Positions 1-14,753 of a DNA stretch of 64,000 bases are shown here, in pieces (position 1 is the stretch's first letter; every line of letters begins with the position of its first letter). The notes beneath the pieces were generated by a model. The model did no database searches. It saw only the letters and a program-made list of their open reading frames with translations, and was not told the origin of the DNA. Source of the DNA: Octopus vulgaris (taxonomy: Eukaryota); NCBI GenBank assembly GCA_951406725.2, contig OX597818.1, forward strand, positions 12,586,001 to 12,650,000, in the 5' to 3' direction. Made by a program: the position numbers and the translations under genes.

Positions 1-1290
1 TACAATCTCAATCGCTGTCAACGGATCTCAACGGATCTAACAGGATAATTATTTGCTTCCTATTAATAATATATTGGGTACAATGAAGGAAGTCAATATG
101 AATGTTATCTATAAGACAAGTTATAAAACGTTGTTATCGGTAATAATGATAAATTGGTTAATGCGAAAAGCGATATAACATGATTGTGTATTATGATCGT
201 TTATAATTTTCCAGGTAATTTCTCTTGTGAATTTGAGACTAAGGTGTAGATTGTTGAGAAAGGTGCTGAATTCTTCCAGATTTTCTTGGGGTTTGCTCCA
301 AATTAGGAAACAATCATCGAGGTCTCTTTTCCATGTGTCCTCTACATGTCTTTTAAAGATCATGCAGTAGTTTCTCTTCAATCTTTTTTAGGCTTTGTTC
401 CAAGTATCCCAATACTAGTTCGCGAAAACTGGAGCAAATTGCGTTCCCATAACTGTGCCTTGAATTTGGGGGTAGTTTTTTTCCGTTGAAAAGGAATGTG
501 TTGCTTTCGAGGATGAGGCTGACCGCATCTAGTATGAAGCTAACAGTAAATCTACCGGGGATCGATTCTGTATGTTTCTTGACCCAATATTTTATGGTAG
601 TAATTCCCAAATCGTGTGGAATGTTCGTATATAAGTTTGTTACCTCAGAATTAGCAGTGAATTGGATTCTGTTATTTTGGACAGATGCGACAGGAAATTG
701 ATCTCATCCCGTATGAAACTGGGCATGTGACTACATAGTGGGTTTAGGATAATGCCAATGAGATTGCTCAGACGATGTGTAGGACAGACGGGACCAGCTA
801 TAATGGGTCTTAGTTTAAGGTCTTTTGATTGTAGTAGTTTTATGTATTTCACAACCTTGTTCCTTTATAACGATTTGTATTTCTTTTGACTTATGAATCC
901 CAGTAATATTCTGTTTCCATACAACAATGGGACCCCTTTATTCGTTTGTTTGATGACAATTGTGGGAATCTGTAGAGGATATCAATAAACTGATCTAGGT
1001 ACGTAACACGTCCTTTTGGCGGGTGAAGTTTTGATTTACTTTTCGCCAAGGCTTCGACATTTTCATTATTTTTAGCAGTAAAACACTCCACAAGTAGTTT
1101 CCGACAAAAGTTTTGGCTGACTGTAGGTGTGAATTTTAGTCCTTTCATCAATAATCGAAGTTCCTCAATGTCTACATTTCTTTTTGACAAATTGATAATT
1201 TTAGGGTCTATCCTATCAGTTGTTTCACAGTTGTTTCTTCTTGGACTTTTTCTGTATATGAATATAAACAAATTACAGAAGATTTCTACC
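1..1290 (-). mobile_element. Decayed Penelope-like retroelement (N-terminus and RT domain, frameshifted)
   Basis: Collinear minus-strand ORF pieces carry PLE motifs: IINLSKR..LLMKGLKFTPT, KLRPIIAGPVCPTHRLSNLI, NLYTNIPHDLGI, ILESNTFLFNG, G..MGT.FAP, WKRDLDDCF (RYLDD-like) and LNNLHLSLKFTRE. It runs off the left edge. Confidence 0.9.
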
Positions 1291-1609
1291 AAATGAAATA
1301 AAAACGATCGAAACCAACTAAGTTTGCTTACTTATAAAACCATTACATGTAAACCACAAGATAATTGGTTATAATGAAGGCGGGATCTATGGCAGTAATA
1401 GCGGTACACCCGGCAAACCGTGACGTTTAACTGCATGCAGATTGGTCAAAACACATTCCAGAAATTCAGCTTGTTGGAGCCGTCTAAAAGTTCGCATGAT
1501 TGTGTATAGAGGAATACATTGATCAATGAAATTCCATGTTAGTCTGATTTTTCACGTTTTATTATTTACAAATTTTACAATTTTACTATATTGAAATAAA
1601 CCAGTACTT

Positions 1610-1774
1610 GGACCGGGCGATGCGTTGTGTTCGTGAGCAAAACACTTTATTTCACTTTGCTCCCGTTCACTCAACTGGCAAAAATGAGTTATCCTGCGAC
1701 GGATCGGCGTCTCGTCCAGGTGGGGAACATATACGCCCTTGTGAGCCTGACATGGCTCGAAGAGGAAACATTTA
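1610..1774 (+). mobile_element. SINE family C fragment
   Basis: Shares the block GAGCAAAACACTTTATTTCAC..GTTCACTCA.CTG..AAATGAGTT with the fuller copy at 12115-12432. Confidence 0.75.
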
Positions 1775-1796
1775 TTATATACATATAAATATTACT

Positions 1797-2670
1797 ATTT
1801 TACTTGTTTCAATCATTTGAAAGCGGCTTATAGTCGAGCAAGTCGACTCCAGGTCTAGTACTAATCCTATCGGTTTCTTTTGCCGAACCGCTAAATTACG
1901 GGGGCGTAAGCACCAACATCGGGTGCCAAGCGATAGTGGGGGTACAAATACAGACATTCAAACATACATACATACATACATATATATCCATCCATTCACG
2001 GTTAGACGATGGTAAGAGGAACAAACACACACCCACACATATATATATGTGTGTGCGTCTATACAAACATATATGTGAATATGTATACAACCTTCAGCAA
2101 AGTAACAGTCATGTACACAACTTGGACGGACACATGCCAGTACACGGACATACGTTCACATACACATACACATGTACACACTGACACGTCGGCCCATTCT
2201 CCTAGACACTCACATAGATACGTAGCACATGAATACAAACATACATACATATCTACGTATGGGCATACACACGTACATACGCACGTACATGTACGCACAC
2301 ACATACATGGGCACATGCATACGAGCGCGGATACATACATACGCACAGGCGTATACATATGCACAGGCGTATGTACGTACATGCATACGTACATACATAC
2401 ACACATGTATGCATACATACACACATACATACGTACATATATATGACGAACTAACTGTTACTTTCTTAGATGCAGCACGGACTTTGTCAGTGAACAGGTC
2501 GCGGATTTTAGCGACGAAAATATTTTGACAAATTAAACTTAAATGTTGAAGTGAATCGAACGGCTTTTGTGTGTTTCTTAAATGGCTTATAAACACCTTC
2601 CACGCTGCAATTGTTTTCGTTTCAGCACACGATCTCAGATCAAATTACTTGCTATGCGAGTACATCTCCG

Positions 2671-2721
<51 letters not shown>

Positions 2722-2886
2722 ACGGGCTTCTTTCAGTGTCCGTCTACCAAATCTAATCACAAGTCTTTGGTTGGTCCGAGGCTATAGCAGAAGAAACTTG
2801 CCCAATATGCCACGCAGTAGGATTGAACTCGGAATGATATATTGTTGTGAAGGAAGCTTCTTACCATGCTTTCCGCAATCTTCATG
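1797..2886 (-). mobile_element. SINE family A split into two collinear halves (3' half 1797-1960, tRNA-like 5' half 2718-2886)
   Basis: Both halves align to the full copy at 61931-62351 in the same order and orientation. They are separated by degenerate microsatellite and unique sequence. Confidence 0.7.
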
Positions 2887-2967
2887 TTTATGTACTAACC
2901 GTATTACCGACCAGAATTGATAACTATCAACTGTCAGCAAACACCATAAAACCAGAATACATACATA

Positions 2968-3072
2968 AGAACCAACCAACCAACCAACCAACCAGCTAGC
3001 CTGCCAGCCAACCAAGCAACCAAGCAACCAACCAACCAACCAGCCAGCCAACCAACCAACCAATCAACCAAA
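2968..3072. repeat. Imperfect (ACCA)n microsatellite
   Basis: Read directly from the sequence. Confidence 0.9.
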
Positions 3073-3079
3073 CATGCAA

Positions 3080-5960
3080 AAATTTACGACAAATGACGTG
3101 ACTGGATGCAACATCAACAACAGAACAAAATGAAAACATGTAAACATATTCTTATAGAAGAAACCGTAATTACAAAACTCATTTTTCTTCGTGTTTATGG
3201 ATTGAATACTGATTTATTTAACTGTTATTAAAGAGCGATACAAAACCCCGCTGTTAGAGATATGAATCGATTGAAGTCATTCTGGGACAACTTGAATCTA
3301 GACTTAAATCATTTTACAACGAAACAACCACACCAACAAGCAACATTTGTGGAACATAGGAAGAAAACTAGTGAATGTAACTTTATTAAAGAAGGATCTG
3401 AAATTAATCTTCTCGCCAACAATATAAGCGGAAACGAAAACGTGAACGATGTGAGAACATCATGTGGTTTCGCATTTGGAGACATTCGAACAGATTCTAT
3501 ACTGCTTACAGGCCAAACTACATTACTGGCTAAAGTAACAGACCACTGTCCCCCTACCACGACTGTGGTAAATAGCAGATATAACTGCACCGATTATTGA
3601 AGTAGTAGTCGTAGAGAGGATTATATATCAGTGAAATATGACTTTACTGAAATTTTTCGAGAGAAAATAACTTTGGCATTAAAGTACTCTTTTAAGGAGT
3701 GAGTATTCTCAACTAGAGTAAATTCAAAAAAAATTCAGGTACGGTATTAAAAGACGTTAACGAAATTGGAGAGGAATATTTCCAGCGGTGTAATGAATCC
3801 TCATTCTGTCTTTATGATCTGTCTACTACTGCAAAGCAGTACATGAACAGCATTCAAAAGGAGAGCAAAACAGAAGCGAAAAAAATGCCATCATGGGTTT
3901 TGAAGACAGAGAAGTTAACTGATTTACGGAAGACTATCCGCCATGAGATGATGCTTATTGCGTGCAAACAAGCAAATCACTAAATGTTTCACCAACAAAA
4001 TGTGAAGAAGTAGCGATGTGTGGAGATTGCAACAAGAGGAAATCACTTGCTAATTAATCACTCTCAAGCAGGACATAAAAGCTGTCAGTGAGAAACTCAG
4101 AAATCAGAAGGGAATAACTGAGAGAAAAACAATAAACAAAAAAAAAATTTAACAGGAAAAAAAACAAAAAAAAATTTAACAGGAACCACGCATCTGTGTA
4201 CAGAGACATGAAAGAAGAAACTGAACATCAGAGAAGCTCCTTCACAAGAATATATAGCTTCCTTCTGGAGGGAAATCTGGATTAAGCAAAATAGTTTAAC
4301 TAAGCTGCTCTGTGGTTGAAAGAAATTCGAAGAAGTTACTGTCCTTGCATTACACCCAAGACATACGGCATTGATGGTGATAACCTTATAAATTTGATCC
4401 AGAAACTTCAGGAGGGAAAGGCACCGGGAAGGGACTTCATTGCTGGATACTGGTATAAGAAGCTAAGCTTCTACCGAACATATCTTATCAATCTGTATAA
4501 GCAAGCTCTCAATGTAAACAGCAGCATACCACACTGGTTATCTCTAGCAGAGACAAAACTGATCCCCAAATGCAGAACTACCCACATGGCAAAATCTACC
4601 GGCCAATTGCATGCCAGAACTGAAAGCATAAAATATATACAACATATTTAAACCTCTTCCTCTAAGACCATTGTGAAAGTAATAACATCATTACAGTAGA
4701 ACAAACAGCTGCGAAGAAGGGAGTCTGGGGATGTTCCGAGCAACTGTTCATAAACAAAACTAATGTCAGAGGTGCTGGAGCATAAGAGGAACCTCATTTC
4801 AATGTTGCTGGACTACAAGAAAGCCTTTGACTCTGTACCCCACTCTGTACCCCACTCATGGATGTGAGCATAGTCAAAGCCATAGTTGACCTGACTTCAT
4901 CGTGAGCCACCATATTGAAGTTAAATACAAGGAGTGATTGTATTTTTACTGATAGGGTACAGTGTCTCAGAGGTATATTCCAAGAGGACAGCCTCTCAGT
5001 GATGTTTATGCTTTCTGTAAGCCTCTTGTCATCCATGTTAAGGAAGTCTGAAGGATATTTCACTGGTTCACAAGGAAACAGAAATCCCGAAATTACACAT
5101 TGTTTCTTTGTGGATGACTTAAAGAGCCTTGTCCTGGTTACAACATTCTATATAGGGCTGGAGTTTGGTCAGGATCGATGTTGCTATATTGTTCTGAACA
5201 GAGGGAAAACTGTAAAACAGCTAACGACATCTACATCAATGACAACTGTTTCCTCTGTATCTGACGAGGAATGTTACAGGTATCTAGGGGTGGATGAAAA
5301 CCTATCTTGCGATGGTATCTGTAAGGTGACGTGTATCACTAAAGAATATTACAGCCGAATAAAGAAAATATGTACTCGGACCTCTCTTCATTCAATAAAA
5401 CAGTGGCCCACAACGTGTTTGCAGTACCAGTACTCATACCACCATTTAGGCTGCTTAACTGGACGCTTCATGAGATCCGAGCCATTGATGTGAAAATCCG
5501 GAAGATATTAGCACGGAGGAATAATTTCCATGTCAACATTAACGTAGACCGTCACTACCTAAAACGAAAACAAGGAGGCAAGCGCTTAACGTCAATCCAG
5601 ACTGCCTCTGAATGTCTTATTATATCCCTTAGGCAACATCTTTTAACCATCAAGATGTCAAAGTGTATCCCTTGACCAAGTTTGCATAGATACATAAAAC
5701 AAAACAGCAATTTGTAGGCATACATACATACACACACACACATACATACATACATACATACATACATACATTCATACATACATACATACATACATACATA
5801 CATACATACATACATACATACATACATACATACATACATACATACATACAAATATTCTGTTGATGGCGCTGAAATTCCAATGAGGAAGCATTGGATCTAG
5901 GTTAGAAACCGGCTCCTCTATTTGCAAGAAACCTTCCATTAAAACTGAATAATGACATAC
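3080..5960 (+). mobile_element. R4/Dong-type non-LTR retrotransposon pseudogene, internally deleted (no endonuclease), with (TACA)n in the 3' UTR
   Basis: Motifs GKAPGRDFIAGYWYKKL, YRPIAC, LDYKKAFDSVPHSW, RGIFQEDSLS, THCFFVDDLK, YRYLGV and VDRHYLKRKQGGKRL, with many stops and frameshifts. The 3' tail 5850-5960 is homologous to 22820-22930. The 5' boundary is approximate. Confidence 0.88.
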
Positions 5961-5997
5961 ACACGTACATATGTATATATATATGTGTGTGTTTGTG

Positions 5998-6033
<36 letters not shown>

Positions 6034-6039
6034 TGTGAA

Positions 6040-6172
6040 TGTGTGTCTTTGTTTGTCCCCAACACATTTTAGTAACCGGTGTTAGAATATTTACGTCTCC
6101 GTAATTTAGTACTTCAGTAGAAGGGAAGGATAGAATAAGTACCAGACTTAAAAAAACATCGGTACTGATTTT
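6040..6172 (+). mobile_element. SINE family A, 3' half
   Basis: GTGTCTTTGTTTGTCCCC...GATAGAATAAGTACCAGACTT matches the reverse complement of 61931-62130. Confidence 0.7.
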
Positions 6173-6862
6173 CTAGTTTAATTGAATGTATTTCATATTC
6201 CATAATTTTTTCATATCCTTATCGATAAATAGTGTTTTTCTGTTGCTTTGAGCATCGACAGTAGTGAATGGCAGAAAGACAGTTAATTACTTGACATTGA
6301 AATCAAAGAGAAATAAACAAATGATGGCAAACGAGGAAAAGAAAGATTAGTATAAGATTACAGAGTTGTATAGGAGAATAGATACAGATAATAAATATGA
6401 GAGAAATTGATAACTTTGGATTTGCTCAGTTCATATTTCTTTAGTTGTTAAGTGCAATGCACTCTACTGAAATGTAAATTTAAGCAGATGAGGATATTTT
6501 TCGTTTTCGTGTCACAGGCGAGCCGGACACATGTATGCTCGTTCTTCTCGTTGAGGTTGATTACGACTTGACTCTAAGTCTTACGCGTTACTTCCAACAT
6601 TACGCATTATTGTGGTAGAAGAATGTAGTTACTATTTTTGCTTCTATCTTAATATTTCTATGCCACATTATGTGTATGTCACTCAATTTACTTTATGTCG
6701 TATTTTTTCCGTACCAGTATAGTTTTGTTTCTACATCTTTATGTAATATCACCATAACATAAGCATTATTTTGTATTTCTGTTGTAGTCTTCATACTAAA
6801 TCTAGGACAGTTTGAGAAAGACAGGAAGAAAATGGAGAAACTCTGTGCAACATATATTAGGA

Positions 6863-7141
<279 letters not shown>

Positions 7142-7643
7142 CCCATACACACATATATGTGTACATCTATTTTAGATAAATTGCTGTTATTCTTAAAAGA
7201 GAATGACATTTGTTTTCATTATTTCCGTTTCGTTAAATAAACAAAATTTTCTTGTTGATTCCATCTTCAATCTTTTTAAAAGAAATCCTTCATGTCTCTG
7301 AGGAATTATTTAAAATATTTAGTAACGTTTTAATTAGATGACTGGGAACGTTATATCTCCGAAAATAACGTCACAATTTGACCCTTGGAATATCTTGAAT
7401 GGAGTTCAATCTATTACTCTCATTCAGGCCATGGCTTCCAAAATCGAGATCCCCCTTCCTTCATATCACAAATCTCTAACTCCTTAGAAAGAGTTATTGG
7501 TGCTTTCCTTTCTTATGTGACAATGCTATAAATCAGTCAATTTATAATTGATTTCTGCCTCAGGAATTTCATATCGGATTTTCTATTATTTTAAAATGTT
7601 TTGCTATTTTAAGTGAATAATGTCTTATGTTCGTTGAAACAAG

Positions 7644-8520
<877 letters not shown>

Positions 8521-11500
8521 CGCCTTTTCCTAATTTTACTTGTTAAGGTTATCTACAGAAAATCTGTAGGAATAACCTTAACAAGTTATACAAGAGCACT
8601 GATACAACAGTTGTACGCAATATTTACTTATGGAAGCGTTTAATATACTTTATAGTATATTATGGCTGCAAAACAAAATATGGTATCCCCCACGGGTCAT
8701 TAATACCTGTGATTGTTTTATATAAGTTGGAATGACAAAGTATTTACAATTATATTTATTTATTATATAATGTGGTTAAAAGTGTATTCAATGCGTAGTC
8801 AACCAACTCTTTATTTGATAGGAAATGGCAGAATAGAAAACTAAAGTAGCTATAGAAGTGAATATAAATTGCAAGCGATATATCTCACGCTCCAAATGAA
8901 ATGTCTCATTAAGTAAAATCTCTCTTCACCAACACTACAAAGCATATATCATATACCCTCACTGTGCTGTATTTGAAACTCCGTAAAATTGTAGATGTCA
9001 CTGAGTTAAATAGAAAATTCTAGAGAACTGAATCGAGTACAATTCTGAATGTAATTATGTCGCTTCAAGTACCGTAACTGCATCTGTTTTTCTTTATCAA
9101 GTCTCGGAACATTAAGTGCAGAAAATTTGATTCAGTTGAATTGATTATAGTTGTATTTTACTAATTTGTATTCTTGTGTGCCATTCTACAACATGAACTA
9201 ATATTTATGCTATTGAGCATAAATTTTCTATCGTTCACGAAAAATATTGTAAACAGAATTTGTCTTCAATACCCATACAAGCCTAATTACAAGTCTGCAT
9301 TTGTTTTATAATAGATATCATGGTATTTACTATATTAAAATGTATGGTAATGTTATTAATGAATTTTTCATTTATCTGTATAATTTGACCAAAGATAGAA
9401 ACGAATGTACGGATGATTGAATTATGTCTGACAGTATTTTCTATGCGGCAATGTTTCAGAAAATTTGATTTCTATCTTAAGCCGTTGTGTAATCTCGATA
9501 TACGCTTACAGAAACCAACATAATTATATGTTGTCTATCATGCATAATTACTGCTACTTTAAACTTGAATTATTTTAGGTCGGTTGGTGATGAATACACC
9601 AAATGTATAATTGCATATTAGCTTTAGTTTGTAAATATAGTTTGTTATAAACTGCAAGAGAGAATGTCATGTTTCCAGCAAATGATTTTTCTAATTCCTC
9701 ATTTAAGAAATCAACGCCATTTTATATCTTTCAAAATTATGCAATAGTAATTACTATACAAACTGAAATGATTCTTTTCTTATGCTCAACCATCATTTTC
9801 TAACTCTGGTTGATTTCTTTGAAAATGCCAATTTTCAGAATTTCCTTAATCTTTTGCAAACTTTAATTTGGTAAACTATATTCGTATCCAGATGTTCACT
9901 AAACTTAGATTAAAGCTATATGACAGAAAATTAAATAGACGCGCTCAGTCATTCAGATGTGTTGTAAAATAAGAAAACAAAGAGCACACGTGTTTTAAAC
10001 GTCTACTGTTAGAAGCAAAATTCAAAGATTTAATTGCTAGTAAAGAAATATATTTATCATTAGATTCTGGCAATCACCCATGGATTAGATTTACATTTAA
10101 ATTTAGAGTTTTAAATAACATGTTTGTTAAAAAATATCAACTTTTAAAATAAGAGACACTTAGTCAATTTTATTCTTCTAACCGAAATAGTAGCCTCCAA
10201 ATTCCAAATTTTATTGGAGCATTACATCTATGTTTCTAATTCTAAGAAGAAAACAAATTAAGATGTTGACTGTCAAAGTGTTTTCAGTTTTAAAATAAGT
10301 AAATTAGTAAGATGGCAGCATATTCGATGTTTCGATATTGATATAAAGTATAAGCTTTATTATTTACTATTTTGTGAGGATTTGATGGTGCACAATGACT
10401 TTCTGTAATTCAGAATGAAGCTAATTGTGACATCTGTTATTTGAATTGTTGCATTCAGTAGGAAACAAGAGAAGTCGGTACGAAGAAAGATCTGGAGACG
10501 AAAATATTTACTCTAAGGTAAGAATTAACATGACTACAAATTGAATTTGAAAAGAGTCGATCATATGTGTGCCGGTAGAAACGATACAGAGCAGACTCAT
10601 TGAGACATTGACCGAGCCTATGCAACGTTGAGCACTCTTAACACCAGCCACTTCGATTTAAATTTCCTCTTGTATGGTTATGTGTCTACGATATTGAGCT
10701 GGCACATGTTGTATGATTGTTGCTTTCATTTCTGTCGCGTGACAGTCTGAGTTGTATGCTGACCACAGTCTTCTTCAGAGATGTTATTCTAAATTGATAT
10801 GCCTACGATATACATCAACAGGGCTTGAAATATGTATTGTGCATTCATGAGAGGAGGAGTATCATGCACCGATATGTGATTGTAAAACATGTGGACTAGT
10901 ATAGTCATTAGAAAGGGATACACAGAGTAAACGTTGTTATAAATTGAGTGTATGTTGTGGAAATTTCCGAGTAAGATGTAAAACGTTTAAATTCATAAAG
11001 TATTAGGTCGTAAATTCAGCAGAGATGGGGGTCATCATCAAAATATTCCATTGTGAATTTCTGGGTATTTTCTTTACAGTAGAATGTCATGAAGGGGGAA
11101 ACCATTCAGCAGTGTCAATTAATCGTGTATAATCTGATGTAATTTAATATTATATGAGTAATATTATAGATGCTAGCTGAGATTTAGATGCATTTTAAAT
11201 TCTCATTAAATTATTCAAGACAAGTCCACCACAAAAACACCTGGGAAGACCAAAGGTTTTCCTAATCTAATACTTCAGCAGTCTGTCGACTGAGAAATCC
11301 CTCCACACGTACACACAATCACATCCACTCATACGCAGGCACAAACGCACGCCCTCACACACACACACATATATATCATATCGATTTTCATAAATTTTTT
11401 AACATATTCCGTAGGATGTTGATAATCAAACAAATAATCATGGTCGTATGATGTTATTTAAATTATATGCATATTAATTAAAGTTCTAAAAGTTGTCATA

Positions 11501-12114
11501 CTATATTATATGAATTAATTCATTCTGGCCTTAAGCTAAAATTATGTTGGCGTGAATTGCTACAAAAAAATTTTTGTCTGATGAAAATTTATCACCATTT
11601 CTACGCAGCAGAGTGAAAATAATGCGCGCGATGTCAGGGAAAAAATATACATGTACTCAAGTCATTAGTCAGACTAAATCCGCCAGTAGCGATGTAGGAA
11701 AACGTGTTTGAAAATGAATACAGAACATGTATATTATTATGTATATTATTAAATTATCTATAAGCTAGAAATTTCATCCGTGACTTGAAATATTGTTGCT
11801 TTAACACAGACTATTTTCTGAATTAAATCAGATGGCATGCAAAATTAAACCGAATTTCCTCCAAATTACGCTTGCCCCCTTAAAAAAGGAGGGAGTCACT
11901 GGATTATGCAGTCCTGATCGATACGTTGGCAGGAATGCATTTGTTCGGAGATGTGCCGATTTAAGTTGAAGTAAGATTAAAAAATAATAAGATTTCTTAA
12001 TGTTTATCCGGGACGAAATTTAGCAAAGAACTTTTCAGCATTAAAATGCATAAACTATATACAGTTTGGTTACTTGATAGCTGTAACTCCATCATTGGAC
12101 TGAGTAGTGGATTT

Positions 12115-12432
12115 ACTGCTGTTGAGAGCCCCTTCGGTCATGACTGACCAAGGAATTGTACCTAGAAAGCTACCCTCCCAGGCACAAGTCCTGTTTATGG
12201 AAGACCAGCAGTCGCCCATGCATAGCACCCTCCCCTCTCCACGCCACCAGTGTTACCCAGCAGAAAGGCAAAGGCCGATACAGCTTGGCACCTGTGACGT
12301 CGCAACTCATTTCTACAGCTGAGTGAACTGGATCAACGTGAAATAAAGTGTCTTGCTCAAGAATACAACACGCTGCCCGGTCCGGGAGTCGAACTCACAA
12401 CCTCGCGATTGTATGCTCGGCGCTCTAATTAC
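12115..12432 (-). mobile_element. tRNA-derived SINE family C, near full length
   Basis: The minus strand has a B-box GAGTTCGACTCCC followed by TGTTGTATTCTTGAGCAAGACACTTTATTTCAC, which resembles a Meta-SINE-type central domain from recall. Confidence 0.85.
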
Positions 12433-12636
12433 TTCACTTTACTGTAAGGTTACTGTAACGTTATAAAAACTGAGTAAAAGTTATGCCGCTTTAGGTACAA
12501 TTCAGTATTCTTGGGCATTTGTTGTTTAGCCCTAGGTCATCTCTAATCGAGCACATAACTGGTATATGATTATACGTACATCCATAAATGCATATATACA
12601 TTCATACATACATACATACATACATACATACATACA

Positions 12637-12668
<32 letters not shown>

Positions 12669-12732
12669 CACATGCACACACATACATATACACACACATA
12701 TTTACAATATCTAGGCGTAAGTATATATATAC

Positions 12733-12768
<36 letters not shown>

Positions 12769-12798
12769 ATATATATATATATATATAAATATATATAT

Positions 12799-12955
12799 AG
12801 GCGCAGGCATGGCTGTGATGTAAGAAGTTTGTTTCCCAACCACATGGTTCCTGGTTCAGCCCCACTGCGTGGCTCCTTTGACGAGTGAGTACGTTCTACT
12901 ATAGCCTTATGAGTAGATCTGGTAGACGGAAACTGAAAAACGTCCGTTGTATGTA
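12799..12955 (+). mobile_element. SINE family A, tRNA-like 5' half
   Basis: GGCGCAGGCATGGCTGTG...GGTTCAGCCCC...GGTAGACGGAAACTGAAA, homologous to 62190-62351. Confidence 0.85.
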
Positions 12956-13136
12956 CGTATATATATAGTGTATCACAACTATCCGACAAACAGCAGCGTG
13001 AAACTCTGAGTAACAGATCTGCGATAATTTTGCAGCTTTAATAAAATGTGTATTACTCTACCTTTAATACTAAAGTGCTATTTCCTCCGCCTTGCTTTGC
13101 ACTTCCGTACTCACCTGTGTATGTTTATACACAGAC

Positions 13137-13206
<70 letters not shown>

Positions 13207-13902
13207 GCACACACACACACACACACACATGCATGTAGGTATTGTAGTTCGCTGGAAGTATTGTGTATTGTTTCTGAAATGTAACGTGTATGGCATGGCA
13301 CAACAATGCAGAGTAGACTATAAGAACTGTTGTAAATAATTTAATTATTCTTAGTCTAATATAATATATGGAAGTATAAAAAATACTTCTTCAGATATTG
13401 CTAGGGATTTATAGAGTCATTGTTATTGTCAGTTTTCTAACAGTTTCTGAAATCTCTCGCAAGCGCCCCTGTAGTGGTCTCACGAAGCTCCTTCCGGAAT
13501 TGCTCATGAGAAATACGTGAGGGTGGTCATGTATCGAGCTTGTGTGTGTTGGCATAGCCGCAGCGCTGCTTCCAAGTTATGTATTATACGTACATTTCTT
13601 TTCTTCTTAATATAATGTTTTGTTACATGAGCATTTTACCATCGTACGTGCAGGGTGCCAATGTTGTTAAATCAAATAGTGACTGTTAATTTCCAATCTG
13701 TTATTAATCTGGGGCCATATGCGATGGGTCTAATCTGGATCGTGTTGCTATCCTGGTGTGTTTTAATGAGGCGGTAGAATGTGGGCAATCTACTGTTCTT
13801 TGAATTAAAGAAGTAAAATATAAAATTCAAAACTCAGTTCAGAATATGGAATGTATATCGACCCTCTGATGGCAAAGTATTATTATTATTTCAGAAACAT
13901 AA

Positions 13903-14753
13903 ACGAGGTAGAGGATACCCAAAAGGAACCGGAATTTTGCAATATAATTGTATTAACTTAGTTTTAAGTTTACACTTTTATCGCCTTCAAAGTATTCTCT
14001 ATCGGTTAATGCATCGGTTAAGGAGCGTTTTCCACTGTTCGAAGCAGTTCTGGAACTCTTACAAAGTGATGCCTTTTAACGCCTCCGTCGTCTTTTTTCT
14101 TCGACTCTTCTATATTTGCAAAACGTTTCCCTTTAAATACATTTTCATTCGGGGTAACTAAAAGGCACAGGAAGCAAGTCCGGTTGAATAAGGAGGGTGG
14201 GTCACGCAAACGAGGTACAAATTCATCTGCAACTCTTTTCATTTGCAATTCCTCGTTCAAAATTCGTTGACAGGAACTCTAGGACACACTAGTCATATCA
14301 ACAAGTTCGTCAATTGTTCGGCGATAATTACCCCAAGATCTGTTCATGAAGTTTCATGATGGTTTCCTTCGTTCGGGTGGTCGACAATCGTCCTGAACGA
14401 GGTTGATCTTCAAGACACAAGTGAGCATTCCTAAAGCGTGGAAGCTGTCGAAAACTTGTTGACTTGCTCAAGCTGTTAGATGCATGACAACTGCCTCGGC
14501 TGCGTTTTACGCAGCAGGAAAACAGAATTTCACGGCAACACGCTGTTCCTCCGTTTCAACCATCGCAAAAATCGACGAACAGCAGAGAAGCACTGCAAAA
14601 CAAAGAAGCATCACGTGGCAGTACGACTGCACCCGATGACGCCTGTTAGTAGACTTATGCCTGCATCAAGTGGCTTCAAATGACGGAAGCTTGAACTACA
14701 ACGGGCTCCTCTGACAGAGAACGTTTCAGGTTACTTTTGTATGCCTCCTCGTA
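13903..14753 (-). mobile_element. Internally deleted mariner (Tc1/mariner) transposon
   Basis: N-terminal EQRVAVKFCF..LEDQPRSGR..RRTIDEL..CQRILNEELQMKRVA..VPRL is joined directly to HPPYS..KGKRFA..FQNCFEQWK..EYFEGD. Degenerate TIRs start ACGAGG, with TA at the right end. Confidence 0.88.

Noticed and set aside
12370-12432. tRNA-like A/B boxes here and in other SINE heads
   Set aside because: They continue into SINE bodies and do not form a full cloverleaf, so they are not tRNA genes.
13365-13400. Minus-strand CTGAAGA next to the hairpin GAAGTAT/ATACTTC
   Set aside because: No GAAA or stem III follows.
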